NCBI GenBank assembly: GCA_021821305.1
Contig: JAKACP010000001.1
Coordinates: 748,421-812,420 of the forward strand
DNA from: a bacterium
GTDB taxonomy: Bacteria; Patescibacteriota; Minisyncoccia; Moranbacterales; UBA1568
Direction: 5' to 3'
DNA: 64,000 bases
Part shown: piece by piece, positions 37,809-47,488 of the stretch
Numbering within the stretch: the first letter of the stretch is position 1
Layout: each line of letters begins with the position of its first letter
Position numbers and translations under genes: made by a program
Notes under the pieces: model-generated
Database searches by the model: none
Told to the model about the DNA's origin: nothing
Seen by the model: only the letters and a program-made list of their open reading frames with translations

Positions 37809-39320
37809 ATGCAACCCATATTCACGCTCGATGAGGTATTCTCCTCCGCGCGTCGCGAGTATTCCTCCGACGATCGGAAGTTCATCGCGGCTGCGTTCCG
37901 CTTCGCCGACGAGGCCCATCACGGGCAATCGCGCAAATCCGGCGAGCCCTATGTCACCCACAGCCTCGCGGTAGCCAAGATCCTCGCGGATATCGGTATG
38001 GACAAGGTGACGATCGCTGCGGGACTCCTCCATGACGTCCCGGAAGATACCGAACGGACGCTCACCGAGATAGAGAAAAGATTCGGATCGGAAGTGGCGC
38101 ACCTCGTCGACGGCATCACCAAACTCGGCAAGATCAAGCTCCGCGGATCGCGCGAGGAGTATTTCCTCGAGAACCTGCGCAAGATGTTCCTCGCCATGGC
38201 GACCGACATCCGCGTCGTGATCATCAAGCTCGCGGACCGGCTCCACAACATGCGCACGCTCGGTGCCGTACGACCGGACAAACAGGAGCGTATCGCCCGG
38301 GAGACGATGGAAATCTACGCGCCGCTCGCGAACCGGCTCGGTATCGGCGAGATCAAGGGAGAGCTCGAGGACCTTTCGTTCCGCTATCTCGAACCGGAAC
38401 ACTACGAGGAGGCGAAAAAGATCGAGGACGCGCACGTTCGGGAAGGGAAATCCTACCTCGACCGGGTCATGGAACAGTTCAAAGTCGAGCTCGCGGAAGA
38501 CAACATCAAGATCGTCACCATCAACGGACGGGCGAAACACCTGTACCGTCTCTACCAGAAACTGAAGAAGCACGACATGGACCCGGGCCGCATCCACGAC
38601 CTCATCGCGGTGCGCATCATCGTTCCGGAAATCATCGATTGCTACGAGACGCTCGGCGCCATACACAAGCGATATCGTCCGCTCGTCGGCCGCATCAAGG
38701 ACTACATCTCGCTCCCGAAGCCCAACGGCTACCAGTCGCTCCATACCACCATCTTCGGTCCCGAGGGCCGCATCCTCGAGGTGCAGATCCGGACGCCGAA
38801 AATGCACGACGAGGCGGAGTTCGGTATCGCGGCGCACTGGATCTATACCGAGAAGGAACGCGGCGGATGGCGATCGCTCATCTTCGGAAAGAAAGCCTCG
38901 GCCGAGGCGAAGCCCAAGGATGTGGCCTGGGTCAAACAGCTCCAGGAATGGCAGAAGGAGATCGGCAAGGACAACGAGGAGTTCTGGCAGGGGCTCAGGA
39001 TAGAATTCTTCAAGAACCATATCTTCGCCTTCACGCCGAAAGGCGACATCATCCAGCTCCCCGAGGAGGCTACGCCGGTCGATTTCGCCTACGCGATCCA
39101 TTCGGAAATCGGAGATCATATCGTCGGCGCCAAGGCCGATCGGAAGATCGTCCCTCTCGACTATCAGATACGGAACGGACAGGTCATCGAGATCCTCGTC
39201 TCCAAGGAACGGAAGAAACCGAACCAGGACTGGCTCCGGTTCGTGAAGACTTCGAGCGCCAAGTCCCGCATCCGGCACTCCGGTCGCGAGGAGGACGCGC
39301 AGGCCGCCAAAGGACACTGA
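37809..39320 (+). CDS. rel: RelA/SpoT (p)ppGpp synthetase/hydrolase ending after the TGS domain
   Basis: RKSGEPY, LLHDVPED, KLADRLHNMRTL, PKPNGYQSLHT, EVQIRT, FTPKGD/TGS. Confidence 0.93.
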   Translation: MQPIFTLDEVFSSARREYSSDDRKFIAAAFRFADEAHHGQSRKSGEPYVTHSLAVAKILADIGMDKVTIAAGLLHDVPEDTERTLTEIEKRFGSEVAHLVDGITKLGKIKLRGSREEYFLENLRKMFLAMATDIRVVIIKLADRLHNMRTLGAVRPDKQERIARETMEIYAPLANRLGIGEIKGELEDLSFRYLEPEHYEEAKKIEDAHVREGKSYLDRVMEQFKVELAEDNIKIVTINGRAKHLYRLYQKLKKHDMDPGRIHDLIAVRIIVPEIIDCYETLGAIHKRYRPLVGRIKDYISLPKPNGYQSLHTTIFGPEGRILEVQIRTPKMHDEAEFGIAAHWIYTEKERGGWRSLIFGKKASAEAKPKDVAWVKQLQEWQKEIGKDNEEFWQGLRIEFFKNHIFAFTPKGDIIQLPEEATPVDFAYAIHSEIGDHIVGAKADRKIVPLDYQIRNGQVIEILVSKERKKPNQDWLRFVKTSSAKSRIRHSGREEDAQAAKGH

Positions 39321-39338
39321 TATTCATTTCCGGGCCGT

Positions 39339-39794
39339 CTATTTTTCTTTCCCGGGCAACCGGACCTCGTCACCGACCTCGATGCCGTCGAGGTCGCCCG
39401 CGGCGGTTTCCAGGACGTCGGTCGCTTCCGCGGACGGATGGAGCACGCCCTGAAAATCGGGAGCCACGCGCCGTTCGATATGGACGATGCGCCCGTCCCG
39501 GATCCACGCGATATCGATGGCGAATCGCATGTCCGGCATCCAGAATCCGTACGCGCCAGGAGTATCGAACCGGAAGAGCATCGCACATCCCCCGCAGAGA
39601 CCGTCCCGACCGGAAAGCCCGCGGGTCCGTGCGGCCGCGGTATCGGCTATCTCGACCGAAAACGACCGCTCACCGACGGATACGGTCGGCCCCTGTCCGG
39701 TATCCGTATCTTTTCGTTCCATGAAAAAGAGCGCGACCGCGATGAGGATCGGGATCCAGATGAACGTGAGCATTTTTGCCAGGGTGTGATTCAT
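39339..39794 (-). CDS. DUF192 protein
   Basis: VEIADT..R.RGLSGR, MLF, FWMPDMRFAIDI, VLE. Confidence 0.9.
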   Translation of the reverse strand: MNHTLAKMLTFIWIPILIAVALFFMERKDTDTGQGPTVSVGERSFSVEIADTAAARTRGLSGRDGLCGGCAMLFRFDTPGAYGFWMPDMRFAIDIAWIRDGRIVHIERRVAPDFQGVLHPSAEATDVLETAAGDLDGIEVGDEVRLPGKEK

Positions 39795-40810
39795 GAGCGT
39801 TGCCCGATGATCTTTTCCATCCTCGACACGAGGAAGATGAACGCCGCGGCAAGCGCGGCGAGGAACAGGAATTTCCCGGCCGCCTGAAACGACAGCGCGG
39901 CGAGGGCGGCGAGGGCGGAGACACCGGTATAGAGAACCGCTACCCGGCGATCGGACCAGCCCAAGAGCCGCAACCGGTCATGGAGATGCCGTCCGTCCCC
40001 GCCGCGGAAGGGCGACGCTCCGGCGCGGACGCGCGCGCGTATGACATAGGCCGCATCGAGCACCGGTACCGCGAGGACGAGGAGGGTCGTGGCTATCTTG
40101 GCCCCGGCGAAGAGCGACAGCGCCGCGACCGAAAACCCGATGAAATACGAACCGGCGGTTCCGGCCATGAGCGACGCCTTGGGAAAATTGAAAAGGAGGA
40201 AGGAGAACGACAGCCCCGCGAGGATCGCGGCGAGGATCGCCACGGCCGGCTGATTCACTTCCGGCCGGAGACTCACGAGGAAGATCGCCGAAAACGCCAC
40301 CGTCGCCACGCCTCCGAGGAGGCCGTCGACGCCGTCCGCCCAATTGACCGCGTTCATGACGAGCACCGTGAACGCGAGACCGACGAGGAAGCTCGGCAAG
40401 AACCACGAATCCGGATGGAGAAACAGCGGTTCCCCGAAGGGATTGGTCAGGACCCATGCACGCATGCCGGAAAGGAAGATGATCGAGGCGAGCGCGAGCT
40501 GGAACAGGAGCTGTGCGGGCCAACCGATCGGAACGATATCGTCCCACGCACCGACGAGGAGGACGAACGCCGCACCGACGAGGAGTCCGATGAGTTGCGG
40601 CGTCGGCTCGAGGTCGGGGTTCGCGGCGACTCCCGCGAGGAACGCGAGAACGAGCGCGACACCGCCGAAACGCGACACCGCCTTGTGCGTCCGCCCGGGT
40701 TCATCGCGGACCATCGGGGCGAATCGACGGGACAGGAACAGGACGAATGAAAGGAGCGCGGCGGAGAGAATGAATGAGAGAAGGAATGGAAAAAGGAATT
40801 TTTCAGGCAT
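39791..40810 (-). CDS. MraY/WecA/TagO-like glycosyltransferase family 4 protein
   Basis: GAWDD, NAVNWADGVDGL, FNFPKA, HLHDRL; start trimmed to MPEKFL. Confidence 0.9.
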   Translation of the reverse strand: MPEKFLFPFLLSFILSAALLSFVLFLSRRFAPMVRDEPGRTHKAVSRFGGVALVLAFLAGVAANPDLEPTPQLIGLLVGAAFVLLVGAWDDIVPIGWPAQLLFQLALASIIFLSGMRAWVLTNPFGEPLFLHPDSWFLPSFLVGLAFTVLVMNAVNWADGVDGLLGGVATVAFSAIFLVSLRPEVNQPAVAILAAILAGLSFSFLLFNFPKASLMAGTAGSYFIGFSVAALSLFAGAKIATTLLVLAVPVLDAAYVIRARVRAGASPFRGGDGRHLHDRLRLLGWSDRRVAVLYTGVSALAALAALSFQAAGKFLFLAALAAAFIFLVSRMEKIIGQRS

Positions 40811-40945
40811 AAAACACAAAGCATAAAAACACAAAAATCAAAACAAAGCCCAAACCCCTAAAAACACAAAATACAAATCGGATCTCGTTTGATTCCCGTG
40901 TTTCGTGTTTTGTTTGGATTTTTGTACACTGGGTTTTGTGCTTTT
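40811..40945. repeat. A/C-rich : G/T-rich imperfect inverted repeat, copy 2
   Basis: Reverse complement contains AACACGGGAATCAAACGAGATCC, matching AACACGGATTACAAACGGGATCC in copy 3. Confidence 0.75.
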
Positions 40946-42662
40946 ACTTCTTCCGTATCTTCTCCGTCACCCAGAATTCGCCGAAATATTTCTTAAGTAG
41001 GATGCGCGTCTGGGAATCGATGGCCGGGATCGCGCCGAGGAGCGCGATGACCGGGGCGAGGAACCACTGCGCGAACATGAGTACGTTGCGCATCGGTCCG
41101 TATTTCTTGGGACGCGGCGGCAGCATGAGGAACGAGAGGAACATGAATATGACGAGGCCGCCCATGGCGAGCGTCATGAGGATGCGGGTGACGAAGGGCA
41201 GATTGTGCGCGAGCACGCTCTCATTGAATGCGGGACCGCCGAGAAAAAGCGGAAGCCATCCGAGGAACGCGAGGATGAGCGGGGCCGTCGCCCAGGAAAA
41301 GTGCCCCTCGATCATCTCGATGGTGACGCGGATCTTCTTCCACAGCGGCATCAGCCGGTCCGGCCAGATCGCGCGCATGGTCACGGGAAAGTTCTCGATG
41401 CCGTACGCCCAGCGACGCTTCTGTTTGTACTCGTTCTTGAGGGTCTTCCAGTACGTGTCGGCAAGGACGGCATCGAGCGAGATCGGAAGCAGTATCGGGG
41501 TCACCTTGTAATCGCCGTGGAAATATGACAGCGCCTTCCAGTAGATGACCGAGTCCTCGCTGATCATGTTGACCGGCCAGAAATTGACGCGCACGAGCGT
41601 ATCGAACGGTTCGGAGTGCGACGAGAAGGTCACCATGTCCTTGCGCGTGCTCTGGTACATGTGCCAGAACGACGACCCCGTGACCATGACGCGCACGAAC
41701 GCGTTCGTATCCCAGAGGTTGTTGTGATACATGGGCAACGGTTGGTAGGCGCGCTGCAGCCGATTCGGATCGGTGATGTAGGCGTAGGTGAGCGCCGAGA
41801 AATACTCCGGGTGGACGACCGAGTCGCAGTCGAAGTTCGAGAAGATGACCCGCTTATAGTCGATATTCCGCTCATCGAGGTAGGTCATGAGCTTGCGCGC
41901 CGCGTATCCGGCATTCGACGCCTTGCAGCGCATCTCGCCTGAAGCCACCTCGTGCGTCGTCACGATGAAATCGCGGAACACGCCGCGGAATTTCTCCTCG
42001 AGGTATTTCACCTTGGGGAGCCGCGTCTCCTCCGGCTCGCGTTCCTCGGTCGCGAGCAGGATGATGACCTGCGACTTCGGGAAGCTGGATTCGGCGATGG
42101 ACCGTATCGACGGCTCGATGATTTCCGGTCCCTCGTTCGCGGTCGGAAGCAGCACCACGTGGACGATATCGCGATAGTCGAGAATCTGCTCCCGTATCGG
42201 TTCGAGTTCGCGGAGCTCCGCGGCATACCGCACGAGTTCCCGGCGCTCCTTGCGGATGATGCGGCGTTCGCGAAAGGAGAGTTTCTCCTCGCGGAGCATC
42301 GCGCGGAGATGTTCGGATCGTTCGAGGAGCTCCGCACGATACTTTCCGGGGTCGCGGACCTGGACCACGCGCTCCCACCAGTTTATCCGTACGCCCCTGC
42401 GGAGCCCGCGATAAGCCATGATGGAGAAGAAGGCCACGTACACGGTGAGGTAGATCCAGTAGATGTCGAACACGATGACGAATACGGCCGCGCCGACCGG
42501 AGCGAGCCACGATCCGACGAACATACCGAGTATGGTCGCCCAGGTGAGCGTACCGGGAATGAGCTCGAGCGCGCGCTGGGCGAAACGGCCACGAGGCTCG
42601 ACGGTTTTCGGATCCGGAAACGTGAACGAGGTTTTCTGCGCGGCCATACCGGTGCGGTCCAT
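40944..42662 (-). CDS. Membrane glycosyltransferase family 2
   Basis: KASN, FDCD, ISED, QKRRWAYG, flanking TM segments. Confidence 0.88.
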   Translation of the reverse strand: MDRTGMAAQKTSFTFPDPKTVEPRGRFAQRALELIPGTLTWATILGMFVGSWLAPVGAAVFVIVFDIYWIYLTVYVAFFSIMAYRGLRRGVRINWWERVVQVRDPGKYRAELLERSEHLRAMLREEKLSFRERRIIRKERRELVRYAAELRELEPIREQILDYRDIVHVVLLPTANEGPEIIEPSIRSIAESSFPKSQVIILLATEEREPEETRLPKVKYLEEKFRGVFRDFIVTTHEVASGEMRCKASNAGYAARKLMTYLDERNIDYKRVIFSNFDCDSVVHPEYFSALTYAYITDPNRLQRAYQPLPMYHNNLWDTNAFVRVMVTGSSFWHMYQSTRKDMVTFSSHSEPFDTLVRVNFWPVNMISEDSVIYWKALSYFHGDYKVTPILLPISLDAVLADTYWKTLKNEYKQKRRWAYGIENFPVTMRAIWPDRLMPLWKKIRVTIEMIEGHFSWATAPLILAFLGWLPLFLGGPAFNESVLAHNLPFVTRILMTLAMGGLVIFMFLSFLMLPPRPKKYGPMRNVLMFAQWFLAPVIALLGAIPAIDSQTRILLKKYFGEFWVTEKIRKK

Positions 42663-42665
42663 AGG

Positions 42666-43097
42666 TCAGGAGTTGATGGATGAGAGCGCGGCGACCGCGA
42701 CGGCGCCCGACAGCGCGGCGAAAAACGACGAGAAGAGGACGATATGGGCGGCGATACGTTCCCGCATCGAATAAAGCTTCCGGGCGAGGATGAAATCGAT
42801 GAGGAAGAAGGAGAGCGCCGACGCCGGAATCAGGAGCACCTGCCACGGATCACCGACGATATCCACGCCGAAGTAGGAGTTGTAGTGAAGCACGATCACC
42901 CCCTCCTCGCCCCGGACGACGAAAACGTACGCGGCGATCGCGGAGAGGGCGATGAGGAGAAGCGACAGTGAGGAGGAAAAACGGACCAGCGGATTCTCCG
43001 AGAACGAAAAGCCCTCGTCCTCCTGGAGAAAGCTCCGGCCGAAATCGTGCGTCGGCAACGATCCTATCTTTTCCCGAAATCCGAATGTCCATGCCAT
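42666..43097 (-). CDS. Three-TM membrane protein
   Basis: IVLHYNSYFGVD motif, hydrophobic helices. Confidence 0.8.
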   Translation of the reverse strand: MAWTFGFREKIGSLPTHDFGRSFLQEDEGFSFSENPLVRFSSSLSLLLIALSAIAAYVFVVRGEEGVIVLHYNSYFGVDIVGDPWQVLLIPASALSFFLIDFILARKLYSMRERIAAHIVLFSSFFAALSGAVAVAALSSINS

Positions 43098-43107
43098 AGG
43101 GTTGGAT

Positions 43108-44199
43108 TTATACCTCGTCCTCGATCACCGGGAGTACGGCGGCCACATGCGCCTCCTCGATGTCCGAGAACGCCTGCACGCGGTCGAGCTGATCATCGAC
43201 CTTGCCGAGGCGCTTCTCCGCATCCTCGTATTTCTTCTGCGCGTTGCCGATATGGCTCCCGAGCACCTCGAATTCCCGGAGGAACTTCCCATGCTCGATC
43301 GAGAGCCGCTCGAGATGTCCGAGTATCTCCTTGGCGCGCTTCTCGATCTGCATTCCCTGCAGCCCGATCATGATCGTCTGGAGGTACGAATAGAGCGAGT
43401 TGGGCGATACCGGTATGACCTTTTTCCGGAAGAGGTACTCGGCGATACCCGTCTCCTCGCCGTCCTTGATGATGATCTCGTAGTAGACGTTCTCCGCCGG
43501 GATATACATGAGCGCGAAGCCGAGCGTCCCCTCCTCGGGGAGGATATATTTCGTCGCGATCGCGTCGACGTGCTTTTTGACATCGGAGATGAACTGTCGC
43601 CGCGCGACCTTGCGGTCCTCGTCGCTGTTCGACTCCACGATGCGCTTGAAATTCTCGAGCGGGAACTTGGAGTCGATACTGATATCGCCGCCCTTGAGCT
43701 GGATCAGGGCGTCCACGATTTCCCCGCTTCGGAACGAATGCTGGAGGGTGAAGTGGTCCTTCGGAAGCATCTGCCCGAGAATGTCCTGAAGCATGAGTTC
43801 GCCGAATCCGCCGCGGAGCTTCGGCGCCTTGAGGATCTCCTGGAGCGAGGCCACTTCCTTGCCGACCTCGAATATCTTCTGGTTGGATTCCTTGACTTCC
43901 GCGAGTGCGGCACGCACCTCCGCGAACGATCGCGAGGCGCCCTCGAGCCGGTCGTCGAGACGCTTGGTGTTGTCCCCGAGCCGCCGGTCGAGGGCGGCAT
44001 TGAGACCGCCGATCTGTCCGACGAGCGAGGAAGAGAACTGGTGCATCTCCTGGCTCATGCGCCGGTCGAGGTTCTCCATCCGGTCGAGCAGGAACTTCCG
44101 TTCATGCTCGGACTGCCGCCGGAGGTCACGCAGGAAAAAAAACCCGGCACCGACGAAGACGGCGAGGGCGACGGATGTCAGAAGTACGGTCAGGGACAT
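43108..44199 (-). CDS. rmuC: DNA recombination protein RmuC
   Basis: [34 protein letters not shown]. Confidence 0.92.
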   Translation of the reverse strand: MSLTVLLTSVALAVFVGAGFFFLRDLRRQSEHERKFLLDRMENLDRRMSQEMHQFSSSLVGQIGGLNAALDRRLGDNTKRLDDRLEGASRSFAEVRAALAEVKESNQKIFEVGKEVASLQEILKAPKLRGGFGELMLQDILGQMLPKDHFTLQHSFRSGEIVDALIQLKGGDISIDSKFPLENFKRIVESNSDEDRKVARRQFISDVKKHVDAIATKYILPEEGTLGFALMYIPAENVYYEIIIKDGEETGIAEYLFRKKVIPVSPNSLYSYLQTIMIGLQGMQIEKRAKEILGHLERLSIEHGKFLREFEVLGSHIGNAQKKYEDAEKRLGKVDDQLDRVQAFSDIEEAHVAAVLPVIEDEV

Positions 44200-44206
44200 A
44201 GGAGAC

Positions 44207-44300
44207 GAAGGATAAAGGACGCAAGATACAAGATAAATGATGGATCAAGAAAAATCAGTCTTTTCTTTTGTCACGCATCATGCATCCCGCATCACGACAT
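44207..44300. repeat. 7-nt periodic inverted array
   Basis: GATAAAG GACGCAA GATACAA GATAAAT ... TCACGCA TCATGCA TCCCGCA TCACGAC. Confidence 0.6.
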
Positions 44301-44905
44301 CATTTCTTGAGTCCCGAGATGAATCGCTTGAGCTCGGGAATACGGTTGGTGACTTCCTGGTAGGGGCCTTCCAGGAACTCGATAAGGAACCGGTCGAGCA
44401 TATTGAGTCGGTAATGGAGATCCTCCGCGTCCATGAGCACGAAACGGACGTCCCGGCCGATCTCCGCCTCGAGCTTGGCTATCACTCCTTGGAGCTTGGA
44501 CCGATGGGCGTTGTTTATGACGAGTATCATGTCCGCCTTGCTCTTCGGATGGTTCAGGAACAGGCCGCTCACGAGAATCAGCTTGACCTCGCCGACCATG
44601 CGGAGCTTCTGGAACATCTGGCTGGGCACGTTCACGTTCGACTTGGACACGAGGCTCTTCAATTCGGGAAAGAACGGGAACGTCGGATGCATCTGGTATC
44701 GTTTCACGCGCTTCCGCGAGGATTCCTTCACGAAGCCCATTTTTTTCAGGCGCATGAGCTCGCGCGACACCTCGGGTCGTGGGAGGAGCGTCTTTTCGGC
44801 GACATCGGCGGAGGAATACTCGACCTCCGGATTGAGGATGAAGAAGCGGATGAGCCGGGCGCGGGACTTTGATCCGAACAGCGACTCGAAGATGGCGAAT
44901 GACAT
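44300..44905 (-). CDS. wHTH plus nucleotidyltransferase-like protein
   Basis: LFGSKSRARL..F, ELMRL..MG, SGLF..ADM pattern. Confidence 0.75.
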   Translation of the reverse strand: MSFAIFESLFGSKSRARLIRFFILNPEVEYSSADVAEKTLLPRPEVSRELMRLKKMGFVKESSRKRVKRYQMHPTFPFFPELKSLVSKSNVNVPSQMFQKLRMVGEVKLILVSGLFLNHPKSKADMILVINNAHRSKLQGVIAKLEAEIGRDVRFVLMDAEDLHYRLNMLDRFLIEFLEGPYQEVTNRIPELKRFISGLKK

Positions 44906-45032
44906 ATGCGGAAGACCTATAAGAAAATCCACCTCCTCCCCCACTCTACTCAACACGCGGAGAAAAGTCAAAGCGGAGCCAAAAAACGCCGTGATTCCCC
45001 TGTGGAAAATGTGGTATAATGGAAAAAACGGT

Positions 45033-47408
45033 ATGCCCCAACGGAAAAACGGGAAAGTCGAGCCGCAGAAGATGATAGAGGTGCGCGCCGCGGACATTTT
45101 TGTCGCGAGAAACCGGTCCGCCGAACCCTATATCAAATCGTTCATAGCGGCGCCGGAAAACCTCGCCCAGGAAGGTCTCGGTACGATCGTGGGCGTCTTT
45201 TCCGTGTCCGATCGGTCGGAATCGTCCGCCTATGTGGTGAACGCCCTCGCCTCGGTAGCGAAGAAGGAATATTTCGCGAATCCGCGCCGCGGGTCGCTCG
45301 AGAGCTTCGAGGCGACGCTCCACAAGATGAACGTGACGCTCGCCGAACTCGTGAAGAACGGCCAGACGGAATGGATCGGAAATCTCCACGGGGCGATCGC
45401 GGTCGTCGAGAAGCACACCCTCCACTTCTCGGTCACCGGAGAAGGCGCCATACTCCTCTTCCGCGGCGGCACGCTCTCCGATATCGGCGAAGGACTCGCT
45501 TCCGAAGAGGCCAAGCTTCACCCCCTCAAGACGTTCGTCGAGATCTCGAGCGGCCGGCTCGCCGCGGAAGACTACATACTCCTCTCCTCGCCGGAACTGT
45601 TCGCGCTCTTCGAACCAGGCGAGCTCGAACGGAGCGCCCGGCGTATCGGGATAGGAAGGAAGTTCTCGCAGTTTCTCGAGACCGCCATGGTAAACGAGCT
45701 CAAGACCGGGGCCGTCGTGATACTCGATGTCTTCGAGAAACTCGTCGAATCGGTCCCGGAGCGGAAATCGGCGCGACGACACCAAGCGAAACCCCGCGTC
45801 GTGAACGCATGGAGCGCGCAGGCATTCGAGGAAAAAAGGAACGAGAATTCCTCCTATTTCCGCGAAGAAATCCCGGAAGAGGCGATGTCGGTCGAACCCC
45901 CCGCCCCGACGGAAGATACCCGCTTCGGCGAAATCTACGTCCGAGGGGAAGCATCCGGCAAACACGACGAGCATCCGACCATCACCAAATGCCGCTGGAT
46001 CCTCGAGGATCTGCTGTCCCGATACGAGGCCGCGAAAGTCAGGGCGAAGGAACGCCTGAGACGACAGGCCGAATCGATATCCGCCTCCGTTTCCGAAAAC
46101 GTCTCTTCTTCGCTTTCGAAAATGAAGGCGGCGGCGCCATCCCTTCGGAAACCCGCGGACTCAGCTCCCGCCCAGGAAGCGGAACGGGAAACGCCTCCCG
46201 AAGAGGAGCCGTCACCCGAGCGGGCCGCGCCCGCGGCAAGCCGACTCCGTCTCCCCGAGCTTCCCCGCATCACCCTACCGAAGATTTCCGTCCCCGCCCT
46301 TCCGAAAGTCGATACCTCGCGATACGCGGAAATCTCGAGACGGCATGCCGGCCGCATCGGCGGAAACATCGCCCGGTTCGCCAGGATCGCCTCTGCCGAT
46401 TTCATCCTCCCGGGACTGCGCGGGCTGGGCTCCTCGATCCGCGCCGCGGCCGCTTTCCTGAAGCGGCGGTTCCTCGCGCTCTCCCCGAAACGACAGCTGC
46501 TCGTCGCGAGCGGCGCGACCTTCGCGCTCACGATCGGCATCATCGTCATGTGGAATTGGGGTGCCGAAGAGAACGCGGAATCTGTCCCGGTCGTGGTCAC
46601 CGAAGCTCCGGCGCCGGCATTCCCCCCGGAAAACGAAAAAAGCGCCGTACTCGCTTCGCCCGAGGCGGTCACCGGAACACCCGAAAACATGATCACGCCT
46701 GTCTTCCTCAATGGCCGCCTTTTCCTCGTCGCCGAGCGGACACTCGTCGATGCCCAGGACGGGACGTCCTATCCGTCGCCCTCCGAGAGCAGGGTCCGCT
46801 ACGCGGCTGGCATGGACGATCTCAATCTCATTTTCCTCTCCCTGGAAAACGGCGAGCTCTACTCCTTCGCGCCCGCGAACCGCTCCTTCGTGAAGAACGC
46901 GATTCCGCTTCCCGCGGGATTCAGGACGGCCGGCATCGGATCCTTCCTCACCTACCTCTACTTCCTCGAGGACGAGACGGGCAACGTGTACCGATACCCG
47001 CGCGCCGAGGGCGGTTTCGGCGAAGGCCTGCTCTGGACGCGCGAGGCCATGCCCGGTGACACGACGGCGATAGCCGTCAGCGAGGCGATCTATGGCACCA
47101 CCGGTTCCTCCGTCTCCGCATTCCTCCGGGGACGGCCATCCGCCGGGTTTTCTCCCGAGGCGCCGTCCACGCCTCTTTCCGTCACCGCGCTCTGCGCCAA
47201 CCCCAATGTGCCCGGCATCGTCGCTGTCGTCGACGCTCCCGCGAAACGGATCATCGTCTTCTCGGACTCCGGCTCCATCGTGCGGCAATTCTTCAGCGAA
47301 TCGTTCACGGATGCCGCCGCCTGCTCGCTGCGGGACGACGGCTCCGCGGTCGCCGTATCGACCGGACGGGGGGCGTGGATCCTCCCCCTCGCGGAAAACG
47401 GGCAATAG
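45033..47408 (+). CDS. Large single-pass membrane protein: PP2C-like N-domain, low-complexity linker, external beta-propeller-like domain
   Basis: -10 TATAAT just upstream; SGRLAAEDYILLSS PP2C-like tail; TM LLVASGATFALTIGIIVMW; the ORF part upstream of 45033 is antisense to the 44300 gene. Confidence 0.75.
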   Translation: MPQRKNGKVEPQKMIEVRAADIFVARNRSAEPYIKSFIAAPENLAQEGLGTIVGVFSVSDRSESSAYVVNALASVAKKEYFANPRRGSLESFEATLHKMNVTLAELVKNGQTEWIGNLHGAIAVVEKHTLHFSVTGEGAILLFRGGTLSDIGEGLASEEAKLHPLKTFVEISSGRLAAEDYILLSSPELFALFEPGELERSARRIGIGRKFSQFLETAMVNELKTGAVVILDVFEKLVESVPERKSARRHQAKPRVVNAWSAQAFEEKRNENSSYFREEIPEEAMSVEPPAPTEDTRFGEIYVRGEASGKHDEHPTITKCRWILEDLLSRYEAAKVRAKERLRRQAESISASVSENVSSSLSKMKAAAPSLRKPADSAPAQEAERETPPEEEPSPERAAPAASRLRLPELPRITLPKISVPALPKVDTSRYAEISRRHAGRIGGNIARFARIASADFILPGLRGLGSSIRAAAAFLKRRFLALSPKRQLLVASGATFALTIGIIVMWNWGAEENAESVPVVVTEAPAPAFPPENEKSAVLASPEAVTGTPENMITPVFLNGRLFLVAERTLVDAQDGTSYPSPSESRVRYAAGMDDLNLIFLSLENGELYSFAPANRSFVKNAIPLPAGFRTAGIGSFLTYLYFLEDETGNVYRYPRAEGGFGEGLLWTREAMPGDTTAIAVSEAIYGTTGSSVSAFLRGRPSAGFSPEAPSTPLSVTALCANPNVPGIVAVVDAPAKRIIVFSDSGSIVRQFFSESFTDAAACSLRDDGSAVAVSTGRGAWILPLAENGQ

Positions 47409-47488
47409 AAACTTATTCGAAAGGAAAAGCCCGGCGCATGCCGGGTTTTCTTCGTACTTTCGGAATTATATGGACTCCTCTCCCCTTC

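Noticed and set aside
44433-45032. N-terminal 200 codons of the 991-aa ORF
   Set aside because: Antisense to the 44300-44905 gene; a -10 box and ATG at 45033 give a better start
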